DNA of 64,000 nt from Auanema rhodensis. Taxonomy: Eukaryota > Animalia > Nematoda. Position numbers and translations under genes: made by a program. Under the pieces are notes generated by a model. The model was not told the DNA's origin and searched no databases. It was given only the letters and a program-made list of their open reading frames with translations. The stretch spans positions 20,026,001-20,090,000 of the forward strand of contig OZ059895.1 of NCBI GenBank assembly GCA_964057225.1, written 5' to 3'. Shown here piece after piece: positions 12,286-27,715 of this stretch (within the stretch, counting starts at the first letter, position 1; each line of letters opens with the position of its first letter).

Positions 12286-15200
12286 AAAGGAATCTAAAAA
12301 CATCTACTTCTTGCTAAATTATTTTGAAATTTTTCGAAAAAATTTTTGTCAAAATGTTTTTGGAAGCAATGTTGAGTGTACATGGAAACTCAACATACAC
12401 TAATGCATCATTTTTCAAACGATCATAACTAATTTTTGTATTGAGCGTTTCTCAATGTAGTATAGTGCATTCGATGCGGATTTTTAAGCTGCGTCGATCT
12501 GTGTTATCAGATTTGCGCTAGCTTAAAAATGCACCGAGATATCAACTGATATAAGTTCACACTTATATCCTGGATTTTCACCCTGAAGAAATTATTTTTT
12601 CGTTGAATAACATTGTCCATCGTCTTTGCCTTGAAAAACAGGAATCTAAAAACATCTACTTCTTGCTAAATTATTCTGAAATTTTTCGAAAAAATTTTTG
12701 TCAAAATGTTTTTGGAAGCAATGTTGAGTGTACATGGAAACTCAACATACACTAATGCATCATTTTTCAAACGATCATAACTAATTTTTGTATTAAGCGT
12801 TTCTCAATGTAGTATAGTGCATTCGATGCGGATTTTTAAGCTGCGTCGATCTGTGTTATCAGATTTGCGCTAGCTTAAAAATGCACCGAGATATCAACTG
12901 ATATAAGTTCACACTTATATCCTGGATTTTCACCCTGAAGAAATTATTTTTTCGTTGAATAACATTGTCCATCGTCTTTGCCTTGAAAAACAGGAATCTA
13001 AAAACATCTACTTCTTGCTAAATTATTTTGAAATTTTTCGAAAAAATTTTTGTCAAAATGTTTTTGGAAGCAATGTTGAGTGTACATGGAAACTCAACAT
13101 ACACTAATGCATCATTTTTCAAACGATCATAACTAATTTTTGTATCAAGCGTTTCTCAATGTAGTATAGTGCATTCGATGCGGATTTTTAAGCTGCGTCG
13201 ATCTGTGTTATCAGATTTGCGCTAGCTTAAAAATGCACCGAGATATCAACTGATATAAGTTCACACTTATATCCTCGATTTTCACCCTGAAGAATTAATT
13301 TTTTCGTTGAATAACATTGTCCATCGTCTTTGCCTTGAAAAAAAAAATCTGAAAACAACTACTTTTTGCTAAATTATTTTGAAATTTTTCGAAAAAATTT
13401 TTGTCAAAATGTTTTTGGAAACAATGTTGAGTGTACATGGAAACTCAACATACACTAATGCATCATTTTTCAAACGATCATAACTAATTTCTGTATTGAG
13501 CGTTTCTCAATGTAGTATAGTGCATTCGATGCGGATTTTTAAGCTGCGTCGATCTGTGTTATCAGATTTGCGCTAGCTTAAAAATGCACCGAGATATCAA
13601 CTGATATATGTTCACACTTATATCCTCGATTTTCACCCTGAAGAAATTATTTTTTCGTTGAATAACATTGTCCATCGTCTTTGCCTTGAAAAAAGGAATC
13701 TAAAAACATCTTCTTTTTGCTAAATTATATTGAAATTTTTCGAAAAAATTTTTGTCAAAATGTTTTTGGAAGCAATGTTGAGTGTACATGGAGACTCAAC
13801 ATACACTAATGCATCATTTTTCAAACGATCATAACTAATTTTTGTATTGAGCGTTTCTCAATGTAGTATAGTGCATTCGATGCGGATTTTTAAGCTGCGT
13901 CGATCTGTGTTATCAGATTTGCGCTAGCTTAAAAATGCACCGAGATATCAACTGATATATGTTCACACTTATATCCTCGATTTTCACCCTGAAGAAATTA
14001 TTTTTTCGTTGAATAACATTGTCCATCGTCTTTGCCTTGAAAAAAGGAATCTAAAAACATCTTCTTTTTGCTAAATTATTTTGAAATTTTTCGAAAAAAT
14101 TTTTGTCAAAATGTTTTTGGAAGCAATGTTGAGTGTACATGGAAACTCAACATACACTAATGCATCATTTTTCAAACGATCATAACTAATTTTTGTATTG
14201 AGCGTTTCTCAATGTAGTATAGTGCATTCGATGCGGATTTTTAAGCTGCGTCGATCTGTGTTATCAGATTTGCGCTAGCTTAAAAATGCACCGAGATATC
14301 AACTGATATATGTTCACACTTATATCCTCGATTTTCACCCTGAAGAAATTATTTTTTCGTTGAATAACATTGTCCATCGTCTTTGCCTTGAAAAAAGGAA
14401 TCTAAAAACATCTACTTCTTGCTAAATTATTTTGAAATTTTTCGAAAAAATTTTTGTCAAAATGTTTTTGGAAGCAATGTTGAGTGTACATGGAAACTCA
14501 ACATACACTAATGCATCATTTTTCAAACGATCATAACTAATTTTTCTATTAAGCGTTTCTTAATGTAGTATAGTGCATTCGATGCGGATTTTTAAGCTGC
14601 GTCGATCTGTGTTATCAGATTTGCGCTAGCTTAAAAATGCACCAAGATATCAACTGATATATGTTCACACTTATATCCTCGATTTTCACCCTGAAGAAAT
14701 TATTTTTTCGTTGAATAACATTGTCCATCGTCTTTGCCTTGAAAAAAGGAATCTAAAAACATCTACTTCTTGCTAAATTATTTTGAAATTTTTCGAAAAA
14801 ATTTTTGTCAAAATGTTTTTGGAAGCAATGTTGAGTGTACATGGAAACTCAACATACACTAATGCATCATTTTTCAAACGATCATAACTAATTTCTGTAT
14901 TGAGCTTTTCTCAATGTAGTATAGTGCATTCGATGCGGATTTTTAAGCTGCGTCGATCTGTGTTATCAGATTTGCGCTAGCTTAAAAATGCACCGAGATA
15001 TCAACTGATATATGTTCACACTTATATCCTCGATTTTCACCCTGAAGAAATTATTTTTTCGTTGAATAACATTGTCCATCGTCTTTGCTTTGAAAAAAGG
15101 AATCTAAAAACATCTACTTTTTGCTAAATTATTTTGAAATTTTTCGAAAAAATTTTTGTCAAAATGTTTTTGGAAGCAATGTTGAGTGTACATGGAAACT

Positions 15201-16499
15201 CAACATACACTAATGCATCATTTTTCAACCGATCATAACTAATTTTTGTATCAAGCGTTTCTCAATGTAGTATAGTGCATTCGATGCGGATTTTCAAGCT
15301 GCGTCGATCTGTGTTATCAGATTTGCGCTAGCTTAAAAATGCACCGAGATATCAACTGATATAAGTTCACACTTATATCCTCGATTTTCACCTCGAAGAA
15401 TTAATTTTTTCGTTAAATAACATTGTCCATCGTCTTTGCCTTGAAAAAAGGAATCTAAAAACATCTACTTTTTGCTAAATTATTTTGAAATTTTTCGAAA
15501 AAATTTTTGTCAAAATGTTTTTGGAAGCAATGTTGAGTGTACATGGAAACTCAACATACACTAATGCATCATTTTTCAACCGATCATAACTAATTTTTGT
15601 ATCAAGCGTTTCTCAATGTAGTATAGTGCATTCGATGCGGATTTTCAAGCTGCGTCGATCTGTGTTATCAGATTTGCGCTAGCTTAAAAATGCACCGAGA
15701 TATCAACTGATATATGTTCACACTTATATCCTCGATTTTCACCCTGAAGAAATTATTTTTTCGTTGAATAACATTGTCCATCGTCTTTGCTTTGAAAAAA
15801 GGAATCTAAAAACATCTACTTTTTGCTAAATTATGTTGAAATTTTTCGAAAAAATTTTTGTCAAAATGTTTTTGGAAGCAATGTTGAGTGTACATGGAAA
15901 CTCAACATACACTAATGCATCATTTTTCAAACGATCATAACTTATTTTTGTATTAAGCGTTTCTCAATGTAGTATAGTGCATTCGATGCGGATTTTTAAG
16001 CTGCGTCGATCTGTGTTATCAGATTTGCGCTAGCTTAAAAATGCACCGAGATATCAACTGATATAAGTTCACACTTATATCCTCGATTTTCACCCTGAAG
16101 AATTAATTTTTTCGTTGAATAACATTGTCCATCGTCTTTGCCTTGAAAAAAAAAATCTGAAAACAACTACTTTTTGCTAAATTATTTTGAAATTTTTCGA
16201 AAAAATTTTTGTCAAAATGTTTTTGGAAGCAATGTTGAGTGTACATGGAAACTCAACATACACTAATGCATCATTTTTCAAACGATCATAACTAATTTTT
16301 GTATCAAGCGTTTCTCAATGTAGTATAGTGCATTCGATGCGGATTTTTAAGCTGCGTCGATCTGTGTTATCAGATTTGCGCTAGCTTAAAAATGCACCGA
16401 GATATCAACTGATATAAGTTCACACTTATATCCTCGATTTTCACCCTGAAGAATTAATTTTTTCGTTGAATAACATTGTCCATCGTCTTTGCCTTGAAA

Positions 16500-19400
16500 A
16501 AAGGAATCTAAAAACATTAACTTTTTGCTAAATTATTTTGAAATTTTTCGAAAAAATTTTTGTCAAAATGTTTTTGGAAACAATGTTGAGTGTACATGGA
16601 AACTCAACATACACTAAAGCATCATTTTGCAAACGATCATAACTAATTTCTGTATTGAGCGTTTCTCAATGTAGTATAGTGCATTCGATGCGGATTTTTA
16701 AGCTGCATCGATCTGTGTTTTCAGATTTGCGCTAGCTTAAAAATGCACCGAGATATCAACTGATATAAGTTCACACTTACATCCTCGATTTTCACCCTGA
16801 AGAATTAATTTTTCCGTTGAATAACATTGTCCATCGTCTTTGCCTTGAAAAAAAAAATCTGAAAACATCTACTTTTTGCTAAATTATTTTGAAATTTTTC
16901 GAAAAAATTTTTGTCAAAATGTTTTTGGAAGCAATGTTGAGTGTACATGGAAACTCAACATACACTAATGCATCATTTTTCAAACGATCATAACTAATTT
17001 ATGTATCGAGCGTTTCTCAATGTAGTATAGTGCATTCGATGCGGATTTTTAAGCTGCGTCGATCTGTGTTATCAGATTTGCGCTAGCTTAAAAATGCACC
17101 GAGATATCAACTGATATAAATTCACACTTAGATCCTCGATTTTCACCCTGAAGAATTAATTTTTTCGTTGAATAACATTGTCCATCGTCTTTGCCTTGAA
17201 AAAAGGAATCTAAAAACATCTACTTTTTGCTGAATTATTTTGAAATTTTTCGAAAAAATTTTTGTCAAAATGTTTTTGGAAGCAATATTGAGTGTACATG
17301 GAAACTCAACATACACTAATGCATCATTTTTCAAACGATCATAACTAATTTTTGTATCAAGCGTTTCTCAATGTAGTATAGTGCATTCGATGCGGATTTT
17401 TAAGCTGCGTCGATCTGTGTTATCAGATTTGCGCTAGCTTAAAAATGCACCGAGATATCAACTGATATAAGTTCACACTTATATCCTCGATTTTCACCCT
17501 GAAGAATTAATTTTTTCGTTGAATAACATTGTCCATCGTCTTTGCCTTGAAAAAAGGAATCTAAAAACATTAACTTTTTGCTAAATTATTTTGAAATTTT
17601 TCGAAAAAATTTTTGTCAAAATGTTTTTGGAAACAATGTTGAGTGTACATGGAAACTCAACATACACTAAAGCATCATTTTGCAAACGATCATAACTAAT
17701 TTCTGTATTGAGCGTTTCTCAATGTAGTATAGTGCATTCGATGCGGATTTTTAAGCTGCATCGATCTGTGTTTTCAGATTTGCGCTAGCTTAAAAATGCA
17801 CCGAGATATCAACTGATATAAGTTCACACTTACATCCTCGATTTTCACCCTGAAGAATTAATTTTTCCGTTGAATAACATTGTCCATCGTCTTTGCCTTG
17901 AAAAAAAAAATCTGAAAACATCTACTTTTTGCTAAATTATTTTGAAATTTTTCGAAAAAATTTTTGTCAAAATGTTTTTGGAAGCAATGTTGAGTGTACA
18001 TGGAAACTCAACATACACTAATGCATCATTTTTCAAACGATCATAACTAATTTATGTATCGAGCGTTTCTCAATGTAGTATAGTGCATTCGATGCGGATT
18101 TTTAAGCTGCGTCGATCTGTGTTATCAGATTTGCGCTAGCTTAAAAATGCACCGAGATATCAACTGATATAAATTCACACTTAGATCCTCGATTTTCACC
18201 CTGAAGAATTAATTTTTTCGTTGAATAACATTGTCCATCGTCTTTGCCTTGAAAAAAGGAATCTAAAAACATCTACTTTTTGCTGAATTATTTTGAAATT
18301 TTTCGAAAAAATTTTTGTCAAAATGTTTTTGGAAGCAATATTGAGTGTACATGGAAACTCAACATACACTAATGCATCATTTTTCAAACGATCATAACTA
18401 ATTTTTGTATCAAGCGTTTCTCAATGTAGTATAGTGCATTCGATGCGGATTTTTAAGCTGCGTCGATCTGTGTTATCAGATTTGCGCTAGCTTAAAAATG
18501 CACCGAGATATCAACTGATATAAGTTCACACTTATATCCTCGATTTTCACCCTGAAGAATTAATTTTTTCGTTGAATAACATTGTCCATCGTCTTTGCCT
18601 TGAAAAAAGGAATCTAAAAACATTAACTTTTTGCTAAATTATTTTGAAATTTTTCGAAAAAATTTTTGTCAAAATGTTTTTGGAAACAATGTTGAGTGTA
18701 CATGGAAACTCAACATACACTAAAGCATCATTTTGCAAACGATCATAACTAATTTCTGTATTGAGCGTTTCTCAATGTAGTATAGTGCATTCGATGCGGA
18801 TTTTTAAGCTGCATCGATCTGTGTTTTCAGATTTGCGCTAGCTTAAAAATGCACCGAGATATCAACTGATATAAGTTCACACTTACATCCTCGATTTTCA
18901 CCCTGAAGAATTAATTTTTCCGTTGAATAACATTGTCCATCGTCTTTGCCTTGAAAAAAAAAATCTGAAAACATCTACTTTTTGCTAAATTATTTTGAAA
19001 TTTTTCGAAAAAATTTTTGTCAAAATGTTTTTGGAAGCAATGTTGAGTGTACATGGAAACTCAACATACACTAATGCATCATTTTTCAAACGATCATAAC
19101 TAATTTATGTATTGAGCGTTTCTCAATGTAGTATAGTGCATTCGATGCGGATTTTTAAGCTGCGTCGATCTGTGTTATCAGATTTGCGCTAGCTTAAAAA
19201 TGCACCGAGATATCAACTGATATAAGTTCACACTTAGATCCTCGATTTTCACCCTGAAGAATTAATTTTTTCGTTGAATAACATTGTCCATCGTCTTTGC
19301 CTTGAAAAAAGGAATCTAAAAACATCTACTTTTTGCTGAATTATTTTGAAATTTTTCGAAAAAATTTTTGTCAAAATGTTTTTGGAAGCAATATTGAGTG

Positions 19401-19658
19401 TACATGGAAACTCAACATACACTAATGCATCATTTTTCAAACGATCATAACTAATTTTTGTATTGAGCGTTTCTCAATGTAGTATAGTGCATTCGATGCG
19501 GATTTTTAAGCTGCGTCGATCTGTGTTATCAGATTTGCGCTAGCTTAAAAATGCACCGAGATATCAACTGATATATGTTCACACTTATATCCTCGATTTT
19601 CACCCTGAAGAAATTATTTTTTCGTTGAATAACATTGTCCATCGTCTTTGCCTTGAAA
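16500..19658. repeat. Trimer (1053-bp) HOR, 3 copies
   Basis: CATTAAC is at 16515, 17568 and 18621. CTAAAGCATC, GCTGCATCG, CTTACATCC and AAAAAAAAATCTGAAAAC each occur once per 1053 bp. The ORFs at 17143, 18196 and 19249 follow the same period. Confidence 0.93.
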
Positions 19659-20009
19659 AAAGGAATCTAAAAACATCTTCTTTTTGCTAAATTATTTTGA
19701 AATTTTTCGAAAAAATTTTTGTCAAAATGTTTTTGGAAGCAATGTTGAGTGTACATGGAAACTCAACATACACTAATGCATCATTTTTCAAACGATCATA
19801 ACTAATTTTTGTATTAAGCGTTTCTCAATGTAGTATAGTGCATTCGATGCGGATTTTTAAGCTGCGTCGATCTGTGTTATCAGATTTGCGCTAGCTTAAA
19901 AATGCACCGAGATATCAACTGATATATGTTCACACTTATATCCTCGATTTTCACCCTGAAGAAATTATTTTTTCGTTGAATAACATTGTCCATCGTCTTT
20001 GCCTTGAAA

Positions 20010-23000
20010 AAAGGAATCTAAAAACATCTTCTTTTTGCTAAATTATTTTGAAATTTTTCGAAAAAATTTTTGTCAAAATGTTTTTGGAAGCAATGTTGAG
20101 TGTACATGGAAACTCAACATACACTAATGCATCATTTTTCAAACGATCATAACTAATTTTTGTATTAAGCGTTTCTCAATGTAGTATAGTGCATTCGATG
20201 CGGATTTTTAAGCTGCGTCGATCTGTGTTATCAGATTTGCGCTAGCTTAAAAATGCACCGAGATATCAACTGATATAAGTTCACACATATATCCTCGATT
20301 TTCACCCTGAAGAATTAATTTTTTCGTTGAAAAACATTGTCCATCGTCTTTGCCTTGAAAAAAGGAATCTAAAAACATCTATTGCTGAATTATTTTGAAA
20401 TTTTTCGAAAAAATTTTTGTCAAAATGTTTTTGGAAGCAATATTGAGTGTACATGGAAACTCAACATACACTAATGCATCATTTTTCAAACGATCATAAC
20501 TAATTTTTGTATTGAGCGTTTCTCAATGTAGTATAGTGCATTCGATGCGGATTTTTAAGCTGCGTCGATCTGTGTTATCAGATTTGCGCTAGCTTAAAAA
20601 TGCACCGAGATATCAACTGATATATGTTCACACTTATATCCTCGATTTTCACCCTGAAGAAATTATTTTTTCGTTGAATAACATTGTCCATCGTCTTTGC
20701 CTTGAAAAAAGGAATCTAAAAACATCTTCTTTTTGCTAAATTATTTTGAAATTTTTCGAAAAAATTTTTGTCAAAATGTTTTTGGAAGCAATATTGAGTG
20801 TACATGGAAACTCAACATACACTAATGCATCATTTTTCAAACGATCATAACTAATTTTTGTATTGAGCGTTTCTCAATGTAGTATAGTGCATTCGATGCG
20901 GATTTTTAAGCTGCGTCGATCTGTGTTATCAGATTTGCGCTAGCTTAAAAATGCACCGAGATATCAACTGATATAAGTTCACACTTATATCCTGGATTTT
21001 CACCCTGAAGAAATTATTTTTTCGTTGAATAACATTGTCCATCGTCTTTGCCTTGAAAAAAGGAATCTAAAAACATCTACTTCTTGCTAAATTATTTTGA
21101 AATTTTTCGAAAAAATTTTTGTCAAAATGTTTTTGGAAGCAATGTTGAGTGTACATGGAAACTCAACATACACTAATGCATCATTTTTCAAACGATCATA
21201 ACTAATTTTTGTATTAAGCGTTTCTCAATGTAGTATAGTGCATTCGATGCGGATTTTTAAGCTGCGTCGATCTGTGTTATCAGATTTGCGCTAGCTTAAA
21301 AATGCACCGAGATATCAACTGATATAAGTTCACACATATATCCTCGATTTTCACCCTGAAGAATTAATTTTTTCGTTGAAAAACATTGTCCATCGTCTTT
21401 GCCTTGAAAAAAGGAATCTAAAAACATCTACTTTTTGCTGAATTATTTTGAAATTTTTCGAAAAAATTTTTGTCAAAATGTTTTTGGAAGCAATATTGAG
21501 TGTACATGGAAACTCAACATACACTAATGCATCATTTTTCAAACGATCATAACTAATTTTTGTATTGAGCGTTTCTCAATGTAGTATAGTGCATTCGATG
21601 CGGATTTTTAAGCTGCGTCGATCTGTGTTATCAGATTTGCGCTAGCTTAAAAATGCACCGAGATATCAACTGATATATGTTCACACTTATATCCTCGATT
21701 TTCACCCTGAAGAAATTATTTTTTCGTTGAATAACATTGTCCATCGTCTTTGCCTTGAAAAAAGGAATCTAAAAACATCTTCTTTTTGCTAAATTATTTT
21801 GAAATTTTTCGAAAAAATTTTTGTCAAAATGTTTTTGGAAGCAATGTTGAGTGTACATGGAAACTCAACATACACTAATGCATCATTTTTCAAACGATCA
21901 TAACTAATTTTTGTATTAAGCGTTTCTCAATGTAGTATAGTGCATTCGATGCGGATTTTTAAGCTGCGTCGATCTGTGTTATCAGATTTGCGCTAGCTTA
22001 AAAATGCACCGAGATATCAACTGATATAAGTTCACACATATATCCTCGATTTTCACCCTGAAGAAATTATTTTTTCGTTGAATAACATTGTCCATCGTCT
22101 TTGCCTTGAAAAAAGGAATCTAAAAACATCTTCTTTTTGCTAAATTATTTTGAAATTTTTCGAAAAAATTTTTGTCAAAATGTTTTTGGAAGCAATGTTG
22201 AGTGTACATGGAAACTCAACATACACTAATGCATCATTTTTCAAACGATCATAACTAATTTTTGTATTAAGCGTTTCTCAATGTAGTATAGTGCATTCGA
22301 TGCGGATTTTTAAGCTGCGTCGATCTGTGTTATCAGATTTGCGCTAGCTTAAAAATGCACCGAGATATCAACTGATATAAGTTCACACATATATCCTCGA
22401 TTTTCACCCTGAAGAATTAATTTTTTCGTTGAAAAACATTGTCCATCGTCTTTGCCTTGAAAAAAGGAATCTAAAAACATCTATTGCTGAATTATTTTGA
22501 AATTTTTCGAAAAAATTTTTGTCAAAATGTTTTTGGAAGCAATATTGAGTGTACATGGAAACTCAACATACACTAATGCATCATTTTTCAAACGATCATA
22601 ACTAATTTTTGTATTGAGCGTTTCTCAATGTAGTATAGTGCATTCGATGCGGATTTTTAAGCTGCGTCGATCTGTGTTATCAGATTTGCGCTAGCTTAAA
22701 AATGCACCGAGATATCAACTGATATATGTTCACACTTATATCCTCGATTTTCACCCTGAAGAAATTATTTTTTCGTTGAATAACATTGTCCATCGTCTTT
22801 GCCTTGAAAAAAGGAATCTAAAAACATCTTCTTTTTGCTAAATTATTTTGAAATTTTTCGAAAAAATTTTTGTCAAAATGTTTTTGGAAGCAATATTGAG
22901 TGTACATGGAAACTCAACATACACTAATGCATCATTTTTCAAACGATCATAACTAATTTTTGTATTGAGCGTTTCTCAATGTAGTATAGTGCATTCGATG

Positions 23001-26000
23001 CGGATTTTTAAGCTGCGTCGATCTGTGTTATCAGATTTGCGCTAGCTTAAAAATGCACCGAGATATCAACTGATATAAGTTCACACTTATATCCTGGATT
23101 TTCACCCTGAAGAAATTATTTTTTCGTTGAATAACATTGTCCATCGTCTTTGCCTTGAAAAAAGGAATCTAAAAACATCTACTTCTTGCTAAATTATTTT
23201 GAAATTTTTCGAAAAAATTTTTGTCAAAATGTTTTTGGAAGCAATATTGAGTGTACATGGAAACTCAACATACACTAATGCATCATTTTTCAAACGATCA
23301 TAACTAATTTTTGTATTGAGCGTTTCTCAATGTAGTATAGTGCATTCGATGCGGATTTTTAAGCTGCGTCGATCTGTGTTATCAGATTTGCGCTAGCTTA
23401 AAAATGCACCGAGATATCAACTGATATATGTTCACACTTATATCCTCGATTTTCACCCTGAAGAAATTATTTTTTCGTTGAATAACATTGTCCATCGTCT
23501 TTGCCTTGAAAAAAGGAATCTAAAAACATCTTCTTTTTGCTAAATTATTTTGAAATTTTTCGAAAAAATTTTTGTCAAAATGTTTTTGGAAGCAATGTTG
23601 AGTGTACATGGAAACTCAACATACACTAATGCATCATTTTTCAAACGATCATAACTAATTTTTGTATTAAGCGTTTCTCAATGTAGTATAGTGCATTCGA
23701 TGCGGATTTTTAAGCTGCGTCGATCTGTGTTATCAGATTTGCGCTAGCTTAAAAATGCACCGAGATATCAACTGATATAAGTTCACACATATATCCTCGA
23801 TTTTCACCCTGAAGAATTAATTTTTTCGTTGAAAAACATTGTCCATCGTCTTTGCCTTGAAAAAAGGAATCTAAAAACATCTATTGCTGAATTATTTTGA
23901 AATTTTTCGAAAAAATTTTTGTCAAAATGTTTTTGGAAGCAATATTGAGTGTACATGGAAACTCAACATACACTAATGCATCATTTTTCAAACGATCATA
24001 ACTAATTTTTGTATTGAGCGTTTCTCAATGTAGTATAGTGCATTCGATGCGGATTTTTAAGCTGCGTCGATCTGTGTTATCAGATTTGCGCTAGCTTAAA
24101 AATGCACCGAGATATCAACTGATATATGTTCACACTTATATCCTCGATTTTCACCCTGAAGAAATTATTTTTTCGTTGAATAACATTGTCCATCGTCTTT
24201 GCCTTGAAAAAAGGAATCTAAAAACATCTTCTTTTTGCTAAATTATTTTGAAATTTTTCGAAAAAATTTTTGTCAAAATGTTTTTGGAAGCAATATTGAG
24301 TGTACATGGAAACTCAACATACACTAATGCATCATTTTTCAAACGATCATAACTAATTTTTGTATTGAGCGTTTCTCAATGTAGTATAGTGCATTCGATG
24401 TGGATTTTTAAGCTGCGTCGATCTGTGTTATCAGATTTGCGCTAGCTTAAAAATGCACCGAGATATCAACTGATATAAGTTCACACTTATATCCTGGATT
24501 TTCACCCTGAAGAAATTATTTTTTCGTTGAATAACATTGTCCATCGTCTTTGCCTTGAAAAAAGGAATCTAAAAACATCTACTTCTTGCTAAATTATTTT
24601 GAAATTTTTCGAAAAAATTTTTGTCAAAATGTTTTTGGAAGCAATGTTGAGTGTACATGGAAACTCAACATACACTAATGCATCATTTTTCAAACGATCA
24701 TAACTAATTTTTGTATTAAGCGTTTCTCAATGTAGTATAGTGCATTCGATGCGGATTTTTAAGCTGCGTCGATCTGTGTTATCAGATTTGCGCTAGCTTA
24801 AAAATGCACCGAGATATCAACTGATATAAGTTCACACATATATCCTCGATTTTCACCCTGAAGAATTAATTTTTTCGTTGAAAAACATTGTCCATCGTCT
24901 TTGCCTTGAAAAAAGGAATCTAAAAACATCTACTTTTTGCTGAATTATTTTGAAATTTTTCGAAAAAATTTTTGTCAAAATGTTTTTGGAAGCAATATTG
25001 AGTGTACATGGAAACTCAACATACACTAATGCATCATTTTTCAAACGATCATAACTAATTTTTGTATTGAGCGTTTCTCAATGTAGTATAGTGCATTCGA
25101 TGCGGATTTTTAAGCTGCGTCGATCTGTGTTATCAGATTTGCGCTAGCTTAAAAATGCACCGAGATATCAACTGATATATGTTCACACTTATATCCTCGA
25201 TTTTCACCCTGAAGAAATTATTTTTTCGTTGAATAACATTGTCCATCGTCTTTGCCTTGAAAAAAGGAATCTAAAAACATCTTCTTTTTGCTAAATTATT
25301 TTGAAATTTTTCGAAAAAATTTTTGTCAAAATGTTTTTGGAAGCAATGTTGAGTGTACATGGAAACTCAACATACACTAATGCATCATTTTTCAAACGAT
25401 CATAACTAATTTTTGTATTAAGCGTTTCTCAATGTAGTATAGTGCATTCGATGCGGATTTTTAAGCTGCGTCGATCTGTGTTATCAGATTTGCGCTAGCT
25501 TAAAAATGCACCGAGATATCAACTGATATAAGTTCACACATATATCCTCGATTTTCACCCTGAAGAAATTATTTTTTCGTTGAATAACATTGTCCATCGT
25601 CTTTGCCTTGAAAAAAGGAATCTAAAAACATATTCTTTTTGCTAAATTATTTTGAAATTTTTCGAAAAAATTTTTGTCAAAATGTTTTTGGAAGCAATGT
25701 TGAGTGTACATGGAAACTCAACATACACTAATGCATCATTTTTCAAACGATCATAACTAATTTTTGTATTAAGCGTTTCTCAATGTAGTATAGTGCATTC
25801 GATGCGGATTTTTAAGCTGCGTCGATCTGTGTTATCAGATTTGCGCTAGCTTAAAAATGCACCGAGATATCAACTGATATAAGTTCACACATATATCCTC
25901 GATTTTCACCCTGAAGAATTAATTTTTTCGTTGAAAAACATTGTCCATCGTCTTTGCCTTGAAAAAAGGAATCTAAAAACATCTATTGCTGAATTATTTT

Positions 26001-26311
26001 GAAATTTTTCGAAAAAATTTTTGTCAAAATGTTTTTGGAAGCAATATTGAGTGTACATGGAAACTCAACATACACTAATGCATCATTTTTCAAACGATCA
26101 TAACTAATTTTTGTATTGAGCGTTTCTCAATGTAGTATAGTGCATTCGATGCGGATTTTTAAGCTGCGTCGATCTGTGTTATCAGATTTGCGCTAGCTTA
26201 AAAATGCACCGAGATATCAACTGATATAAGTTCACACTTATATCCTGGATTTTCACCCTGAAGAAATTATTTTTTCGTTGAATAACATTGTCCATCGTCT
26301 TTGCCTTGAAA
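20010..26311. repeat. Composite 10-mer (6+4; 3502-bp) duplication marked by 347-bp monomers
   Basis: A 4-bp deletion (CATCTATTGCTGAATT) is at 20381, 22483, 23883 and 25985, with spacings 2102, 1400, 2102. Alternate copies are 3502 apart, as are the ORFs at 21351 and 24853. Confidence 0.88.
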
Positions 26312-27715
26312 AAAGGAATCTAAAAACATCTACTTCTTGCTAAATTATTTTGAAATTTTTCGAAAAAATTTTTGTCAAAATGTTTTTGGAAGCAATGTTG
26401 AGTGTACATGGAAACTCAACATACACTAATGCATCATTTTTCAAACGATCATAACTAATTTTTGTATTAAGCGTTTCTCAATGTAGTATAGTGCATTCGA
26501 TGCGGATTTTTAAGCTGCGTCGATCTGTGTTATCAGATTTGCGCTAGCTTAAAAATGCACCGAGATATCAACTGATATAAGTTCACACATATATCCTCGA
26601 TTTTCACCCTGAAGAATTAATTTTTTCGTTGAAAAACATTGTCCATCGTCTTTGCCTTGAAAAAAGGAATCTAAAAACATCTACTTTTTGCTGAATTATT
26701 TTGAAATTTTTCGAAAAAATTTTTGTCAAAATGTTTTTGGAAGCAATATTGAGTGTACATGGAAACTCAACATACACTAATGCATCATTTTTCAAACGAT
26801 CATAACTAATTTTTGTATTGAGCGTTTCTCAATGTAGTATAGTGCATTCGATGCGGATTTTTAAGCTGCGTCGATCTGTGTTATCAGATTTGCGCTAGCT
26901 TAAAAATGCACCGAGATATCAACTGATATATGTTCACACTTATATCCTCGATTTTCACCCTGAAGAAATTATTTTTTCGTTGAATAACATTGTCCATCGT
27001 CTTTGCCTTGAAAAAAGGAATCTAAAAACATCTTCTTTTTGCTAAATTATTTTGAAATTTTTCGAAAAAATTTTTGTCAAAATGTTTTTGGAAGCAATGT
27101 TGAGTGTACATGGAAACTCAACATACACTAATGCATCATTTTTCAAACGATCATAACTAATTTTTGTATTGAGCGTTTCTCAATGGAGTATAGTGCATTC
27201 GATGCGGATTTTTAAGCTGCGTCGATCTGTGTTATCAGATTTGCGCTAGCTTAAAAATGCACCGAGATATCAACTGATATAAGTTCACACTTATATCCTG
27301 GATTTTCACCCTGAAGAAATTATTTTTTCGTTGAATAACATTGTCCATCGTCTTTGCCTTGAAAAAAGGAATCTAAAAACATCTACTTCTTGCTAAATTA
27401 TTTTGAAATTTTTCGAAAAAATTTTTGTCAAAATGTTTTTGGAAGCAATGTTGAGTGTACATGGAAACTCAACATACACTAATGCATCATTTTTCAAACG
27501 ATCATAACTAATTTTTGTATTAAGCGTTTCTCAATGTAGTATAGTGCATTCGATGCGGATTTTTAAGCTGCGTCGATCTGTGTTATCAGATTTGCGCTAG
27601 CTTAAAAATGCACCGAGATATCAACTGATATATGTTCACACTTATATCCTCGATTTTCACCCTGAAGAAATTATTTTTTCGTTGAATAACATTGTCCATC
27701 GTCTTTGCCTTGAAA

